The notes under the pieces were generated by a model, which was given only the letters and a program-made list of their open reading frames with translations, ran no database searches and was not told where the DNA came from. Of a DNA stretch of 45,469 nucleotides, positions 8,196 through 17,082 are shown one piece after another; the first letter of the stretch is position 1, and each line of letters begins with the position of its first letter. The position numbers were made by a program, and so were the translations under genes. The DNA is from Gemmatimonadota bacterium (GTDB lineage: Bacteria > Gemmatimonadota > Gemmatimonadetes > Longimicrobiales > Gaopeijiaceae). The DNA is taken from positions 1 through 45,469 of the forward strand of contig JBDHMC010000001.1 of NCBI GenBank assembly GCA_039656355.1, read 5' to 3'.

Positions 8196-10130
8196 CTACC
8201 AGATGATTCCGTAGTCATCCCCATGGTTGCTGGAGCCGCCCCAGAACCCCCCGTTCACCCAATCGAAAAACACAGCATTGATGGGGCCCGAAGTCCGGGC
8301 GGACACCCTCAGTTCGTATCCCATCTGGCGAAGCTGCTCCCGAACTTCCTCGGGGACTGATTCATGGAGGAGCATTTGACCAGGAGAGGAAGTGTGGGCA
8401 CTAAACGATCCTCTCATCTGGCTACTGTTGATGTTGGGGCCTTCGGCCGCCTGCTGAACATTCATGTCCCACTCCACCATGTTCAGGAAGAACTGGAGCA
8501 GGTTCTGGTCCTGGCCGTCCCCGCCCTGAACGGCGAAGGACAGGAAGGGCTTCCCGTCCTTCAGTGCCATGGCGGGCGTGAGAGTGGCACGGGGGCGTTT
8601 CCCCGGTTCAACCACGTTGAAGGGGTTGTCGGCAGGATCGGTAACGAAACTCTGCGCCCTTTGACTGAGGCCGACCCCCGTCCGTCCCGCGATGACAGCC
8701 GGGATCCAACCTCCGCTCGGAGTGATGGAGACCACCCACCCTTCTTCGTCTGCAGCTTGGATGGACGTGGTACCCGTGTAGAAGGCCTCATCATACAGGT
8801 CCTGGCTATCAACCCAACCCCGGGCTTCGCCCCCACCCCGCCGCCCAGGCGTCACGTCCCCCGGAGCCATGTGATCCAGTCCTCCTGCCCCGCCAAGGGT
8901 CGTCCAGGAATCCAGGTACTCCTTGAACGGGTTGACGGCATTCATGAAGGGATAGGGATCACCGGGCTTTACGTCCGGATCGTTCATGGTCCAATTGATC
9001 TCGCCGAACCGACTCAGGGCATACTCCTTGGAGAGGAGGCCTTCCATGGGTTCCTGGGGTGGGAAGTAGGGATCTCCGTAGTAGAAGTCACGATCGGCGA
9101 AAGCCAGGTTCATTACCTGATAGAGGGTGTGCAAGTACTGGGCGCTGTTGAAACCCATTGCCTTCAGATCCACCCCCTCGAGCATATTCAAAGCCTGGAG
9201 CATCACCGGGCCCTGAACCCAGGATGTCAGCTTGTAGACATCAATTCCCTTGTAGTTGGTGGAGACGGGTTTTTCGACAAAGACCTGCCAGTTATCCAGG
9301 TCTTGCATGGTGAAGAGTCCACCCTCCTCCTGGGTTCCCCTGACGATCTCTTCGGCAATGTCCCCCCGATAGAACCGGTCATAAGCCGCGTAGATGGCCT
9401 CTTTCCGACTCTTGCCGTCAGCAAGAGCCCCCGCTTCGGCTTGAACGAGTTTATGGAGGGTCGCCAGGAGATCGGGCTGTCGGAAGATCTCCCCGGCGCG
9501 GGGGCCCGGATTCTCCAGATCATCCGGGTGGGTGAAGTAGACGTCTCGTGAGTAGTTCCACTCCTGAATCAAACCCCGAGAGGACCGAATCCGCCTCACG
9601 GCGTCCGCTTCCATGGGATACCCGTTCGCCATCTCCATAGCCGGTGCCAGGACCTCTGCCAGGCTTTTAGTGCCGTACTCTGCCAGCATCACCATGAGTC
9701 CGCCTGGGGTCCCGGGAGTCACAGCTGCCAGAGGGCCGTCTGCCGGTGGATATCGGTGCCCCTGCTCCTGGTAGAACTCCGCGGTTGCACCTGACGGAGC
9801 TGCGCCCAATGCGTTGATGCCCACGACCTCACCCGTGTTGGGGTTGTAGATGAGAGCCTGGGTCTCACCACCCCAGCTGAGGACATCCCACATGGTGGCC
9901 GTGGCTGCCAGCATGCCGCAGGCGGCATCTACGGCGTTCCCCCCCTGAACAAAAAGGGTGGCGCCCGCCGTAGCGGCCATGGGTTTTCCGGTGATGGCGA
10001 CCCAGTGTTTCCCATGCAGGATGGGCTTCTGGGGCCGAAAATTCTGGGCCAAGGCACTGGATGGCAGGCAGACAAGAGTTCCGGCCAGCAGGAGTATGCC
10101 ACTGACAACGGTTCTGCAAGGGGATTTCAT
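8196..10130 (-). CDS. ggt: Gamma-glutamyltransferase family protein, secreted
   Basis: The start is MKSPCRTVVSGILLLAGTLVCLPSSALAQ (a signal peptide), preceded by an AGGAGG RBS. GGT-like motifs are present: ATAGATLFVQGGNAVDAA and the autoprocessing/nucleophile region GTTSIQAADEEGWVVSITPSGG. Confidence 0.85.
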   Translation of the reverse strand: MKSPCRTVVSGILLLAGTLVCLPSSALAQNFRPQKPILHGKHWVAITGKPMAATAGATLFVQGGNAVDAACGMLAATATMWDVLSWGGETQALIYNPNTGEVVGINALGAAPSGATAEFYQEQGHRYPPADGPLAAVTPGTPGGLMVMLAEYGTKSLAEVLAPAMEMANGYPMEADAVRRIRSSRGLIQEWNYSRDVYFTHPDDLENPGPRAGEIFRQPDLLATLHKLVQAEAGALADGKSRKEAIYAAYDRFYRGDIAEEIVRGTQEEGGLFTMQDLDNWQVFVEKPVSTNYKGIDVYKLTSWVQGPVMLQALNMLEGVDLKAMGFNSAQYLHTLYQVMNLAFADRDFYYGDPYFPPQEPMEGLLSKEYALSRFGEINWTMNDPDVKPGDPYPFMNAVNPFKEYLDSWTTLGGAGGLDHMAPGDVTPGRRGGGEARGWVDSQDLYDEAFYTGTTSIQAADEEGWVVSITPSGGWIPAVIAGRTGVGLSQRAQSFVTDPADNPFNVVEPGKRPRATLTPAMALKDGKPFLSFAVQGGDGQDQNLLQFFLNMVEWDMNVQQAAEGPNINSSQMRGSFSAHTSSPGQMLLHESVPEEVREQLRQMGYELRVSARTSGPINAVFFDWVNGGFWGGSSNHGDDYGIIW

Positions 10131-10182
10131 GGGTCCTCCTTCTGATTCGGGCTGGGGACCATGATGGGGCCGAAGGGGGGGC

Positions 10183-10202
10183 GAGAAAAGGGGAAGTGCC
10201 CC
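10183..10202 (-). terminator. Weak candidate intrinsic terminator downstream of the TPP-decarboxylase genes
   Basis: The minus strand reads GGGGCACTTCCCC followed by TTTTCTC. The stem is only 4 bp. Confidence 0.25.
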
Positions 10203-10245
10203 AATAGGAACTAGCACACCTGAGTCCGGGGTGGAATTTCGGGTC

Positions 10246-10839
10246 TCAGGAGTTGGTGATGGCTCTCCGAAATTCCGCCGAGGAGCGTGCCAGGGAGGTC
10301 TGGAGGTACCGAGCTTCCTCCCGACTGCTTCGGCTGATGGGCCCTTCCGACCCCGGTTCGACCCCTACTCCCACAAACACCGGGCCATCGGTAGCCAGGA
10401 TCTCGGGAAGGGCATCTTCGTACCCAACACCCCGGTTGAACGAATAGACCCGAGGGAAGCCTGCAGCCAAAGCCATGCCCGGAAAATCCACATGCCCGGA
10501 GCCTGGAACCGGTTGGTTGCCGGTAATCTCGTAGGTTCCGTTCTCCAAAACGAACAGGACCAAGTTCTTTGCGCCGGACCCGGCGATAGTGACCAGAGTG
10601 CCCAGACTCATGAGCATGCTCCCATCCCCATTCAAGCAGATGACCCGTCGGGACGGCTGAGCCAGGGCGATTCCCAAAGCGAGGTCCGCCGTGTGCCCCA
10701 TGGCACTGTCCGCCGATGCAAAATCCAGATCGTGGTCGGACAAGCGACCCCACGGACGGGTCGCGCTCATGCAGGTCACCACCACCTCATCTGTTCGGTA
10801 CGCGGCCAGAGGCAGAAGCAGCTCTTCTTTGGTGAGCAA
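10246..10839 (-). CDS. Sulfopyruvate/phosphonopyruvate decarboxylase-like TPP enzyme, beta subunit
   Basis: It has the TPP-binding motif region MGHTADLALGIALAQPSRRVICLNGDGSMLMSLGTLVTIA...VLENGTYEITGNQP. The start is set at the in-frame TTG at 10837-10839, just after the upstream TAG (10851-10853). The ATG at 10974 would lie inside the alpha-subunit gene. The start is uncertain. Confidence 0.7.
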   Translation of the reverse strand: MLTKEELLLPLAAYRTDEVVVTCMSATRPWGRLSDHDLDFASADSAMGHTADLALGIALAQPSRRVICLNGDGSMLMSLGTLVTIAGSGAKNLVLFVLENGTYEITGNQPVPGSGHVDFPGMALAAGFPRVYSFNRGVGYEDALPEILATDGPVFVGVGVEPGSEGPISRSSREEARYLQTSLARSSAEFRRAITNS

Positions 10840-10850
10840 CGGAGTGACCC

Positions 10851-11428
10851 CTAGTCGAAGGAAGTGTCGATGAGTACGGCCACGGGTCTCTCGTCTTTCT
10901 GAGCTTGGGCAAAGGCTGTTTTGATCGGGGTCAGATCGGAGGGATCTCGGAGATACTGAAAGGGGACTCCCCACGCTCGAAGGGTGGATTCCGTCATGTG
11001 AGCGACAGAATCCAGGTCATCTCGAACCAATACACTCACCCAGCGCCTCTGGCTTTCGCGTAGCCCCGGCAGGTGATCAGAAGGAGGATGGGGGCTCCCA
11101 TTCGGGAGGCCGTTCCGCGGAGGCCGTCCCCCGCCTCCAGAAGGCCCGTATTCTGGATCAGAACCACCGGAATTGCTCCCCCGAGCCAGAGACCCGAAGC
11201 CAGCCCTATGGCCTCCCCCTCTCGGGTAGCATAGAGGAGCCGCACGGCCGGATTCCCACCGGGCCCATCTGCAGAGGAAAGCGCAGTCCCCTCAAGAGCG
11301 GTGAGAATCAGGGCCGACGTGTTGTCCGGGACCGTGACCACGTGGGTGACACCGAGGTCCTGAAGAAGAGCTACACACTGGATGGCTGCAGCGGAGGCGC
11401 CGTGGAGCGGGGAGGCCAGCGTAGTCAT
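10851..11428 (-). pseudogene. Sulfopyruvate/phosphonopyruvate decarboxylase-like alpha subunit, split over two reading frames (frameshift or genuine split)
   Basis: ORF 11036-11428 is the N-terminal TPP pyrimidine-binding part (VTHVVTVPDNTS...REGEAIGLASGLWLGGAIPVVLIQNTGLLEAGDGL...LLLITCRG). ORF 10851-11039 continues the family pattern (DSVAHMTESTLRAWGVPF...PVAVLIDTSF) in another frame. The junction is GTGA at 11036-11039. Confidence 0.6.
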
Positions 11429-11571
11429 CCGGGGAAGAAAAGTCTTGGGAAGAACCCGGGCAAGGGTTCAAACAGAGAAAAGGTGCCTCCTATTCCCAGG
11501 GACTCGAAAACCAGGTGGGGAACCCCTATCCTATCAATACGTTTGATTCAACCTCAACCGGGGAGGGGAGA

Positions 11572-12393
11572 GTGAAGCGCAACCCCGTCGTCTTCGTTGT
11601 TTCAGATTCCATGGGTGAAACCGCCCAACTGGTCGCCAAGGCCGTCCTGAGTCAGTTCCCGGAGGGGAATGTGGGACTCCGACGGTTCAGTCATATCGAG
11701 ACCCCCGACGCTGCTTTGGAGGTCATGAAGGCCGCCCGGGATCAACCTACGATGATCATCTTCACCGTCATCATACCCGAAGTCAGGGAGATCATCAGGT
11801 CAAAAGCGGAGCGCCATGGCGTCCCCCTCGTGGACATCATGGGACCGGCCCTGGCGGGTCTGGAGGAGATCTCGGGTGAAGTGGCCCTCCTGGAGCCCGG
11901 CCTGATCCACAAGCTCGACGAGCAATATTTCAGGGGCGTCGAGGCCATTGAGTTCGCAGTTAACCATGACGACGGGAAGAACCCACAGGGATACAGGAAT
12001 GCGGACGTGGTGCTCCTGGGAGTGAGTCGGTCCAGCAAAACTCCCATCAGCATGTACCTGGCCAATCGAGCCATGAAAGTGGCCAACCTCCCTCTGGTCC
12101 CCGAAGTGGCCAGCCCACCCGAGTTGCACAGGGTTCCGGTCAAAAAAATCGTGGGTTTGATGATCTCCTCCGCAAAACTCGTGGAGATTCGGAAACTTCG
12201 AGTCCGTGCCATGGGGGTACCTGGGAAATCTGACTACACCGATGTGTACCGGATCCAAGACGAGTTGACGTACGCTCGGGGCATCTACGATGAGTTGGGA
12301 TGTGAGGTCTTGGACGTCACGGACCGGGCCGTCGAGGAAACCGCCTCAATAATCATGGAGTTGGTGGGGAATTCCCGGATGTCAGGGGATTGA
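11572..12393 (+). CDS. ppsR: Pyruvate,phosphate dikinase / PEP synthase regulatory protein (DUF299 bifunctional kinase-pyrophosphorylase)
   Basis: The translation reads VKRNPVVFVVSDSMGETAQLVAKA...DVVLLGVSRSSKTPISMYLANRAMKVANLPLVPE (P-loop GVSRSSKTP). The GTG start at 11572 follows the strong RBS GGGGAGGGGAGA. The upstream ATG at 11515 is the alternative start. Confidence 0.85.
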   Translation: MKRNPVVFVVSDSMGETAQLVAKAVLSQFPEGNVGLRRFSHIETPDAALEVMKAARDQPTMIIFTVIIPEVREIIRSKAERHGVPLVDIMGPALAGLEEISGEVALLEPGLIHKLDEQYFRGVEAIEFAVNHDDGKNPQGYRNADVVLLGVSRSSKTPISMYLANRAMKVANLPLVPEVASPPELHRVPVKKIVGLMISSAKLVEIRKLRVRAMGVPGKSDYTDVYRIQDELTYARGIYDELGCEVLDVTDRAVEETASIIMELVGNSRMSGD

Positions 12394-12538
12394 CCGCCGA
12401 CGCGGGAGAGCGGGCCCACGACGGCCCCTCGGTTCCATAAGATCTCTGGTGAGAACGCCTGGCGTCACCCGCTTCCCAGGCACAGATTCTGGCGAGGCCG
12501 GCGCACGGCTTTCCCCCGCTCAGACATTGGAGTCGATC

Positions 12539-13039
12539 ATGTTCCGGAAGATCGAGGACTTCCTCGGAAGTTGGGCATACGAGACCGAGGCGACGGTGAA
12601 GGTTTTCCAGCAACTCACCGACGCCTCCCTGGCCCAGAGGGTGTATTCAGAGGGTCGGACCCTCGGCCTGATCGCATGGCACATTGTCCGCACCCTACCG
12701 GAGATGGGAGGCCGGACCGGTTTGAAGGTCCAGGGACCAGGTGAGGACGACCCCGTTCCCCCTACGGCGGAGGAGATCTCCTCCGGATTTAAGGTGGCCG
12801 CCGATTCTCTGGGCCATGAAATCCGTACCCACTGGGGAGATGACGACCTGGAGGAGGAGGACGACATGTACGGGGAGATGTGGTCTAGAGGGAAGACGCT
12901 GGCCGCCCTGTTGAATCACCAGAATCACCATCGTGGCCAGATGACGGTTCTCATGAGACAGGCCGGACTGACGGTCCCCGGGGTTTACGGACCCTCCCTG
13001 GAAGAGTGGGCCGCCTACGGTATGCCCGCCCAGGAGTAG
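12539..13039 (+). CDS. DinB family protein
   Basis: This 166-aa protein has a four-helix DinB-like pattern with the His motif LLNHQNHHRGQMTVLMR. The start is taken at the ATG at 12539 (MFRKIEDFLG). Confidence 0.75.
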   Translation: MFRKIEDFLGSWAYETEATVKVFQQLTDASLAQRVYSEGRTLGLIAWHIVRTLPEMGGRTGLKVQGPGEDDPVPPTAEEISSGFKVAADSLGHEIRTHWGDDDLEEEDDMYGEMWSRGKTLAALLNHQNHHRGQMTVLMRQAGLTVPGVYGPSLEEWAAYGMPAQE

Positions 13040-13099
13040 GAGCCTGTTTCCGCCGAGGGGCTCCGGGACAACGAAAGCACGAATCATAGGGAGACGAGA

Positions 13100-15169
13100 A
13101 TGATGGCCCATGTTGGACGGATTCTTACGCTCGGATTCTTCGGGCTCCTGGGGCTTGGTGTGACCGGCTCAGCAGGTAACGCTCAGGGAACCCACCCCCT
13201 GAATGTGCAGGACCTGTGGGAACTGGATCGGATTTCCGATCCGCAGGTTTCTGCTGACGGAGAGAGAGTGGTGTTCGGACTGAGCAGTCTGGACCGAGAG
13301 GCAAACCGGCGTCGCTCAGACCTCTGGGTGGTGGGGGTGGATGGGTCTGGATTACACCGCCTCACGAGCCATCCCGCCTCCGAGTTCAACGCCCGTTGGG
13401 CCCCGGACGGACAGGCCGTCTACTTTCTTTCGACGCGATCAGGAAGCTCCCAGATCTGGCGGATCGCCCTGAGCGGCGGTGAGGCTCAACAGGTCACGAA
13501 CCTCCCGCTGGACATCGGGACCATGGCCGTCTCCCCTGATGGAAGCCATCTGGCCGTCAGCCTGGAGGTATTCCCGGATTGCCCTGATCTGTCCTGTACC
13601 GTGGACCGGCTGGGAACGGCGAGGGACCGGGTCGCGAGCGGAGTTCTCTACGACCGCTTGTTCATTCGGCACTGGGACACATGGGAAGACGGTCGAAGGT
13701 CTCACCTCTTCGTGCTCCCTTCGAAAGGTGGGGGAGACCCCGTAGACATCATGGCCGGGGTGGACGGTGACTCTCCTTCCGTCCCCTTTGGCGGCCCGGA
13801 GGAATACACCTTCACGCCCGATGGCGACGCCGTAGTCTTCACCGCCCGTCTTGTCGGGGAGAAGGAGCCTTGGTCCACGGACTTCGATCTCTACATCGCT
13901 CCAGCCGACGGGTCTCACGCCCCCCAACTCCTGACCACGGAAAACCGGGCGTGGGACACTCAGCCGGTATTCAGTCCGGACGGGGGTTCCCTGGCCTATC
14001 TGGCCATGGAACGCCCTGGATACGAGGCGGATCGGTTCAGGATTGTGCTGCAGGAGTGGCCGCATGGTGAGACGAGGATCCTCACCCAGGATTGGGACCG
14101 GTCGGTAGGGTCCATGACCTTCTCACCGGATGGTCAGACTCTTTTGGTGACAGCTCAAAACCTTGGTAACACATCCCTCTTTACGGTTGATGTGACCTCA
14201 GGCGATGTACGGGAGATCCTTCATGAGGGGACGATCCGGTCTCCCTCCTTTGCAGGAGACCGCATCGTGTTCGGGATGGACCACCTCCAGTCCCCGGTGG
14301 AGCTATACACAGCCCGGCTGGACGGCACAGCGGTGACACCCATCACCGCTGTCAACCAAAAGAGGTTGGTATCCATCGAGTTGGGTGAACCAGAACAGAT
14401 GACTTTCCGAGGAGCGGATGGAGACGATGTCTACGCATGGTTGGTGAAACCCGTGGACTTCGATCCGGCCAAAAAGTATCCCGTGGCCTTCATCATTCAT
14501 GGGGGGCCCCAGGGGTCTTCGTCGAACAACTTCCACTATCGCTGGAATCCCCAGATTTATGCCGCCGCCGGGTACGCCGCCCTCATGGTGGACTTCCACG
14601 GCTCTACCGGCTACGGCCAGGATTTCACCGATGCCATCACCGGGGACTGGGGTGGCAAACCTCTGGAAGACCTCCAGAGGGGTTTGGCGGCCGCCGTCGC
14701 CCAAAATCCTTGGATGGACGGAGATAGGGCGTGCGCCCTCGGTGCGTCCTACGGCGGGTACATGATCAACTGGATCGAAGGAAACTGGCCAGAGGGATTC
14801 AGCTGCCTGGTGAACCACGATGGGGTTTTCGATCAGAGGATCATGTACTACGGAACAGAGGAGCTCTGGTTCCCGGAGTGGGAGCATGGGGGAACGTACT
14901 GGGAGAGCGAGGGGGGCTACGAGCGCCACAATCCTGTCATGCACGTGGACAAGTGGCAAACGCCAATGCTCGTGATTCACGGGGCTCAGGATCACCGAGT
15001 CCCCCTCGAGCACGGGATTGGAGCCTTCACAGCCCTTCAGCGAAGGGGTATTCCCAGCCAATTCCTGTTCTTTCCGGACGAGAACCACTGGGTCCTGAGC
15101 CCAGCGAACGGGGTTCAGTGGCATGAGGCGGTTTTGGCCTGGATGGAGCGTTGGACGAAGGAGGAGTAA
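13100..15169 (+). CDS. S9 family serine peptidase (acylaminoacyl-peptidase/prolyl oligopeptidase type), secreted
   Basis: It has a signal peptide (MMAHVGRILTLGFFGLLGLGVTGSAGNAQG) and beta-propeller repeats (SPDG...). The catalytic domain carries GGPQGSS and the nucleophile elbow GASYGGYM, then the later DHRVP and ENHW. Confidence 0.85.
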   Translation: MMAHVGRILTLGFFGLLGLGVTGSAGNAQGTHPLNVQDLWELDRISDPQVSADGERVVFGLSSLDREANRRRSDLWVVGVDGSGLHRLTSHPASEFNARWAPDGQAVYFLSTRSGSSQIWRIALSGGEAQQVTNLPLDIGTMAVSPDGSHLAVSLEVFPDCPDLSCTVDRLGTARDRVASGVLYDRLFIRHWDTWEDGRRSHLFVLPSKGGGDPVDIMAGVDGDSPSVPFGGPEEYTFTPDGDAVVFTARLVGEKEPWSTDFDLYIAPADGSHAPQLLTTENRAWDTQPVFSPDGGSLAYLAMERPGYEADRFRIVLQEWPHGETRILTQDWDRSVGSMTFSPDGQTLLVTAQNLGNTSLFTVDVTSGDVREILHEGTIRSPSFAGDRIVFGMDHLQSPVELYTARLDGTAVTPITAVNQKRLVSIELGEPEQMTFRGADGDDVYAWLVKPVDFDPAKKYPVAFIIHGGPQGSSSNNFHYRWNPQIYAAAGYAALMVDFHGSTGYGQDFTDAITGDWGGKPLEDLQRGLAAAVAQNPWMDGDRACALGASYGGYMINWIEGNWPEGFSCLVNHDGVFDQRIMYYGTEELWFPEWEHGGTYWESEGGYERHNPVMHVDKWQTPMLVIHGAQDHRVPLEHGIGAFTALQRRGIPSQFLFFPDENHWVLSPANGVQWHEAVLAWMERWTKEE

Positions 15170-15185
15170 GGAAGGCAGGGGACGG

Positions 15186-16142
15186 ATGTCACAGTCCGTG
15201 AATCCAAGCAGGGTCGGTCAGTCGAGCCTGGCGTGGGTCATCGGTATCGCCCTACTGATGGGCCTGGTTGCCCTCACACACTTCTCTGTGGGGTGGGGAA
15301 CCCTCCTGACCCCCTGGAAGGCAATCCGTGCGGAGATCCTGGCCGCAGCCCTGGGGCTGGTGTTGGGAAGCTATGGGGTCCGAACGATCCGGATTCACAC
15401 TTACTTCCATCCTGCGACGTCGGGGCGATTCCTGCGGACCTTTCGCGTTGTCCTCGTGCACAACCTTCTCAACACCCTTCTCCCCATGCGGAGTGGAGAG
15501 GCCTCCTTTCCGGTCCTCATGGCAAGGGAGTTCCAGGTGCCTTTCTCCAGGTCCATCCCGGGCCTGGTTTACCTACGGGTGTTGGACCTCCATTACGTCC
15601 TCTTCCTGGGTGTGGCGGTTCTCTCCTGGAGACAGGGTGGATTAAGTTGGGTTCTCCCCTTGGCCCTGGCCCCGATCCCCTATTGGCTCTTCCGTGCACA
15701 GGGCTGGCTTGGCCCGCGCCTCGTGGATCGAAGCGGCCTGATTTCGAGGGTGGGAAGGGATGCCCTGGAAGGTCTCCCCGCCACCTCGGGAATGTTCTGG
15801 ACGACCTGGGTGTGGACCGCAGTGAACTGGACGGTCAAACTCGCCGTTCTCGCTTGGATCCTCAGGGCTTTCACGCCCATGCCCTTCTCCCACGCACTCC
15901 TTGGAAGCACGACCGGTGAACTGTCCAGCGTTCTCCCTTTTCACGGCATCGCGGGAGCGGGAACCTATGAGGCTGGGGTTTTGGCCAGTCTGGTTCCGCT
16001 GGGTGTGGAGTTGGAATCTGCTCTGAAGGCCGCCGTAAACCTGCACCTTTTCGTGTTGGGCGCTTCCATTTTGGCCGGAGCCCTCGCCGCCCTTTTCCCC
16101 TTTACCAGGAAGAACCCGGATGAAAGCTCCGGTCACTCCTAG
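15186..16142 (+). CDS. Flippase-like membrane protein (lysylphosphatidylglycerol-synthase TM-region family, UPF0104)
   Basis: This polytopic 318-aa protein has the family-typical LLPMRSGEASFPVLM motif. The start at the ATG at 15186 follows GGAAGGCAGGGGA. Confidence 0.65.
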   Translation: MSQSVNPSRVGQSSLAWVIGIALLMGLVALTHFSVGWGTLLTPWKAIRAEILAAALGLVLGSYGVRTIRIHTYFHPATSGRFLRTFRVVLVHNLLNTLLPMRSGEASFPVLMAREFQVPFSRSIPGLVYLRVLDLHYVLFLGVAVLSWRQGGLSWVLPLALAPIPYWLFRAQGWLGPRLVDRSGLISRVGRDALEGLPATSGMFWTTWVWTAVNWTVKLAVLAWILRAFTPMPFSHALLGSTTGELSSVLPFHGIAGAGTYEAGVLASLVPLGVELESALKAAVNLHLFVLGASILAGALAALFPFTRKNPDESSGHS

Positions 16143-16154
16143 TAAGTTCCTTGA

Positions 16155-17082
16155 ATGACCAACTCTTCGAGGAATCAGAGGATATCCGTCGTCATCCCTT
16201 TCTTTAACGAAGGGGAAAACGTAGACAAGGTGATGGAAGAGCTTCACAGGGCCATGGAGTCCTCACCGTGGCCCTGGCGCTGGAATCGACGCGGCCCTCG
16301 GGGACCTGATCGTGACCCTGGACGGGGATTGCCAGAATGATCCGGAAGACATCATCCCCCTGGCCCGCCGATTGGTCCGGGAAGAGTTGGACCTATTGGT
16401 GGGTTGGAGGAAGAGTCGTCGTGATGGATTCTTTCTACGTCGCATACCATCAATCCTGGCCAACCGCCTCATCGGCCACGTAACCGGCGTCCGCCTCCAC
16501 GACTATGGATGCAGCCTCAAGGTCTATCGGGCTTCAGTGCTGAAAACTGTGAGACTGTACGGGGAGATGCATCGATTCATCCCTGCATGGTTTGCCGCTT
16601 CGACCTCACCAAAACGCATTTCTGAGGAGGTCGTAAGTCACCGACCCAGGGTGGCGGGAAAATCCAAGTACGGAATTAGCCGTACATCCAGGGTCCTACT
16701 GGATCTTCTGTCCGTTCATTTCTTCATGCGGTACTGGACCCGTCCTGGCCACTTTTTCGGCTCCATCGGCCTGGCTCTCGGGGGAGTGGGTAGCCTGATT
16801 CTGACCTACCTGGCCTGGGTAAAGTTCGGCTTGGGCCAAGACATTGGTACCCGGCCCCTCCTGTTGGTGGGAGTCGTCCTGGTTATCTCCTCCCTCCAGT
16901 TCATCACCACCGGCGTGGTAGCCGAGCTCCTCACCCGGACCTATTTCGAATCGTCCCGTGTGAAGCCTTATGTGGTGAGGACCGCCACCGACACCGACAC
17001 GGCCACCGCCAAGGTCACGGTCACGGAAACTGTACCCGAATGGGCCGGCCCATCGGAGACGCATGACGCCCGACTTCCCTGA
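16155..17082 (+). pseudogene. GT2 polyprenyl-phosphate glycosyltransferase (ArnC/DPM1-like), disrupted: internal segment missing plus a frame change
   Basis: ORF 16155-16340 gives RISVVIPFFNEGENVDKVMEELHRAMES and then nonsense. The frame open from 16234 gives GAGIDAALGDLIVTLDGDCQNDPEDIIPLARRL...SKYG...two C-terminal TMs. The expected roughly 45-aa YEIIFVDDGSTD...N-GQ segment between these parts is absent. Confidence 0.7.

Noticed and set aside
8364-9551. A 395-aa plus-strand ORF.
   Set aside because: It is antisense to the gamma-glutamyltransferase gene and its translation is low-complexity. It is a shadow ORF.
10840-10974. A longer version of the TPP-decarboxylase beta subunit, starting at the codon at 10974.
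   Set aside because: This start would overlap the alpha-subunit C-terminal ORF by about 120 nt and adds non-homologous Ser/Arg/Pro-rich sequence. The in-frame TTG at 10839, just after the alpha stop, fits the family length better.
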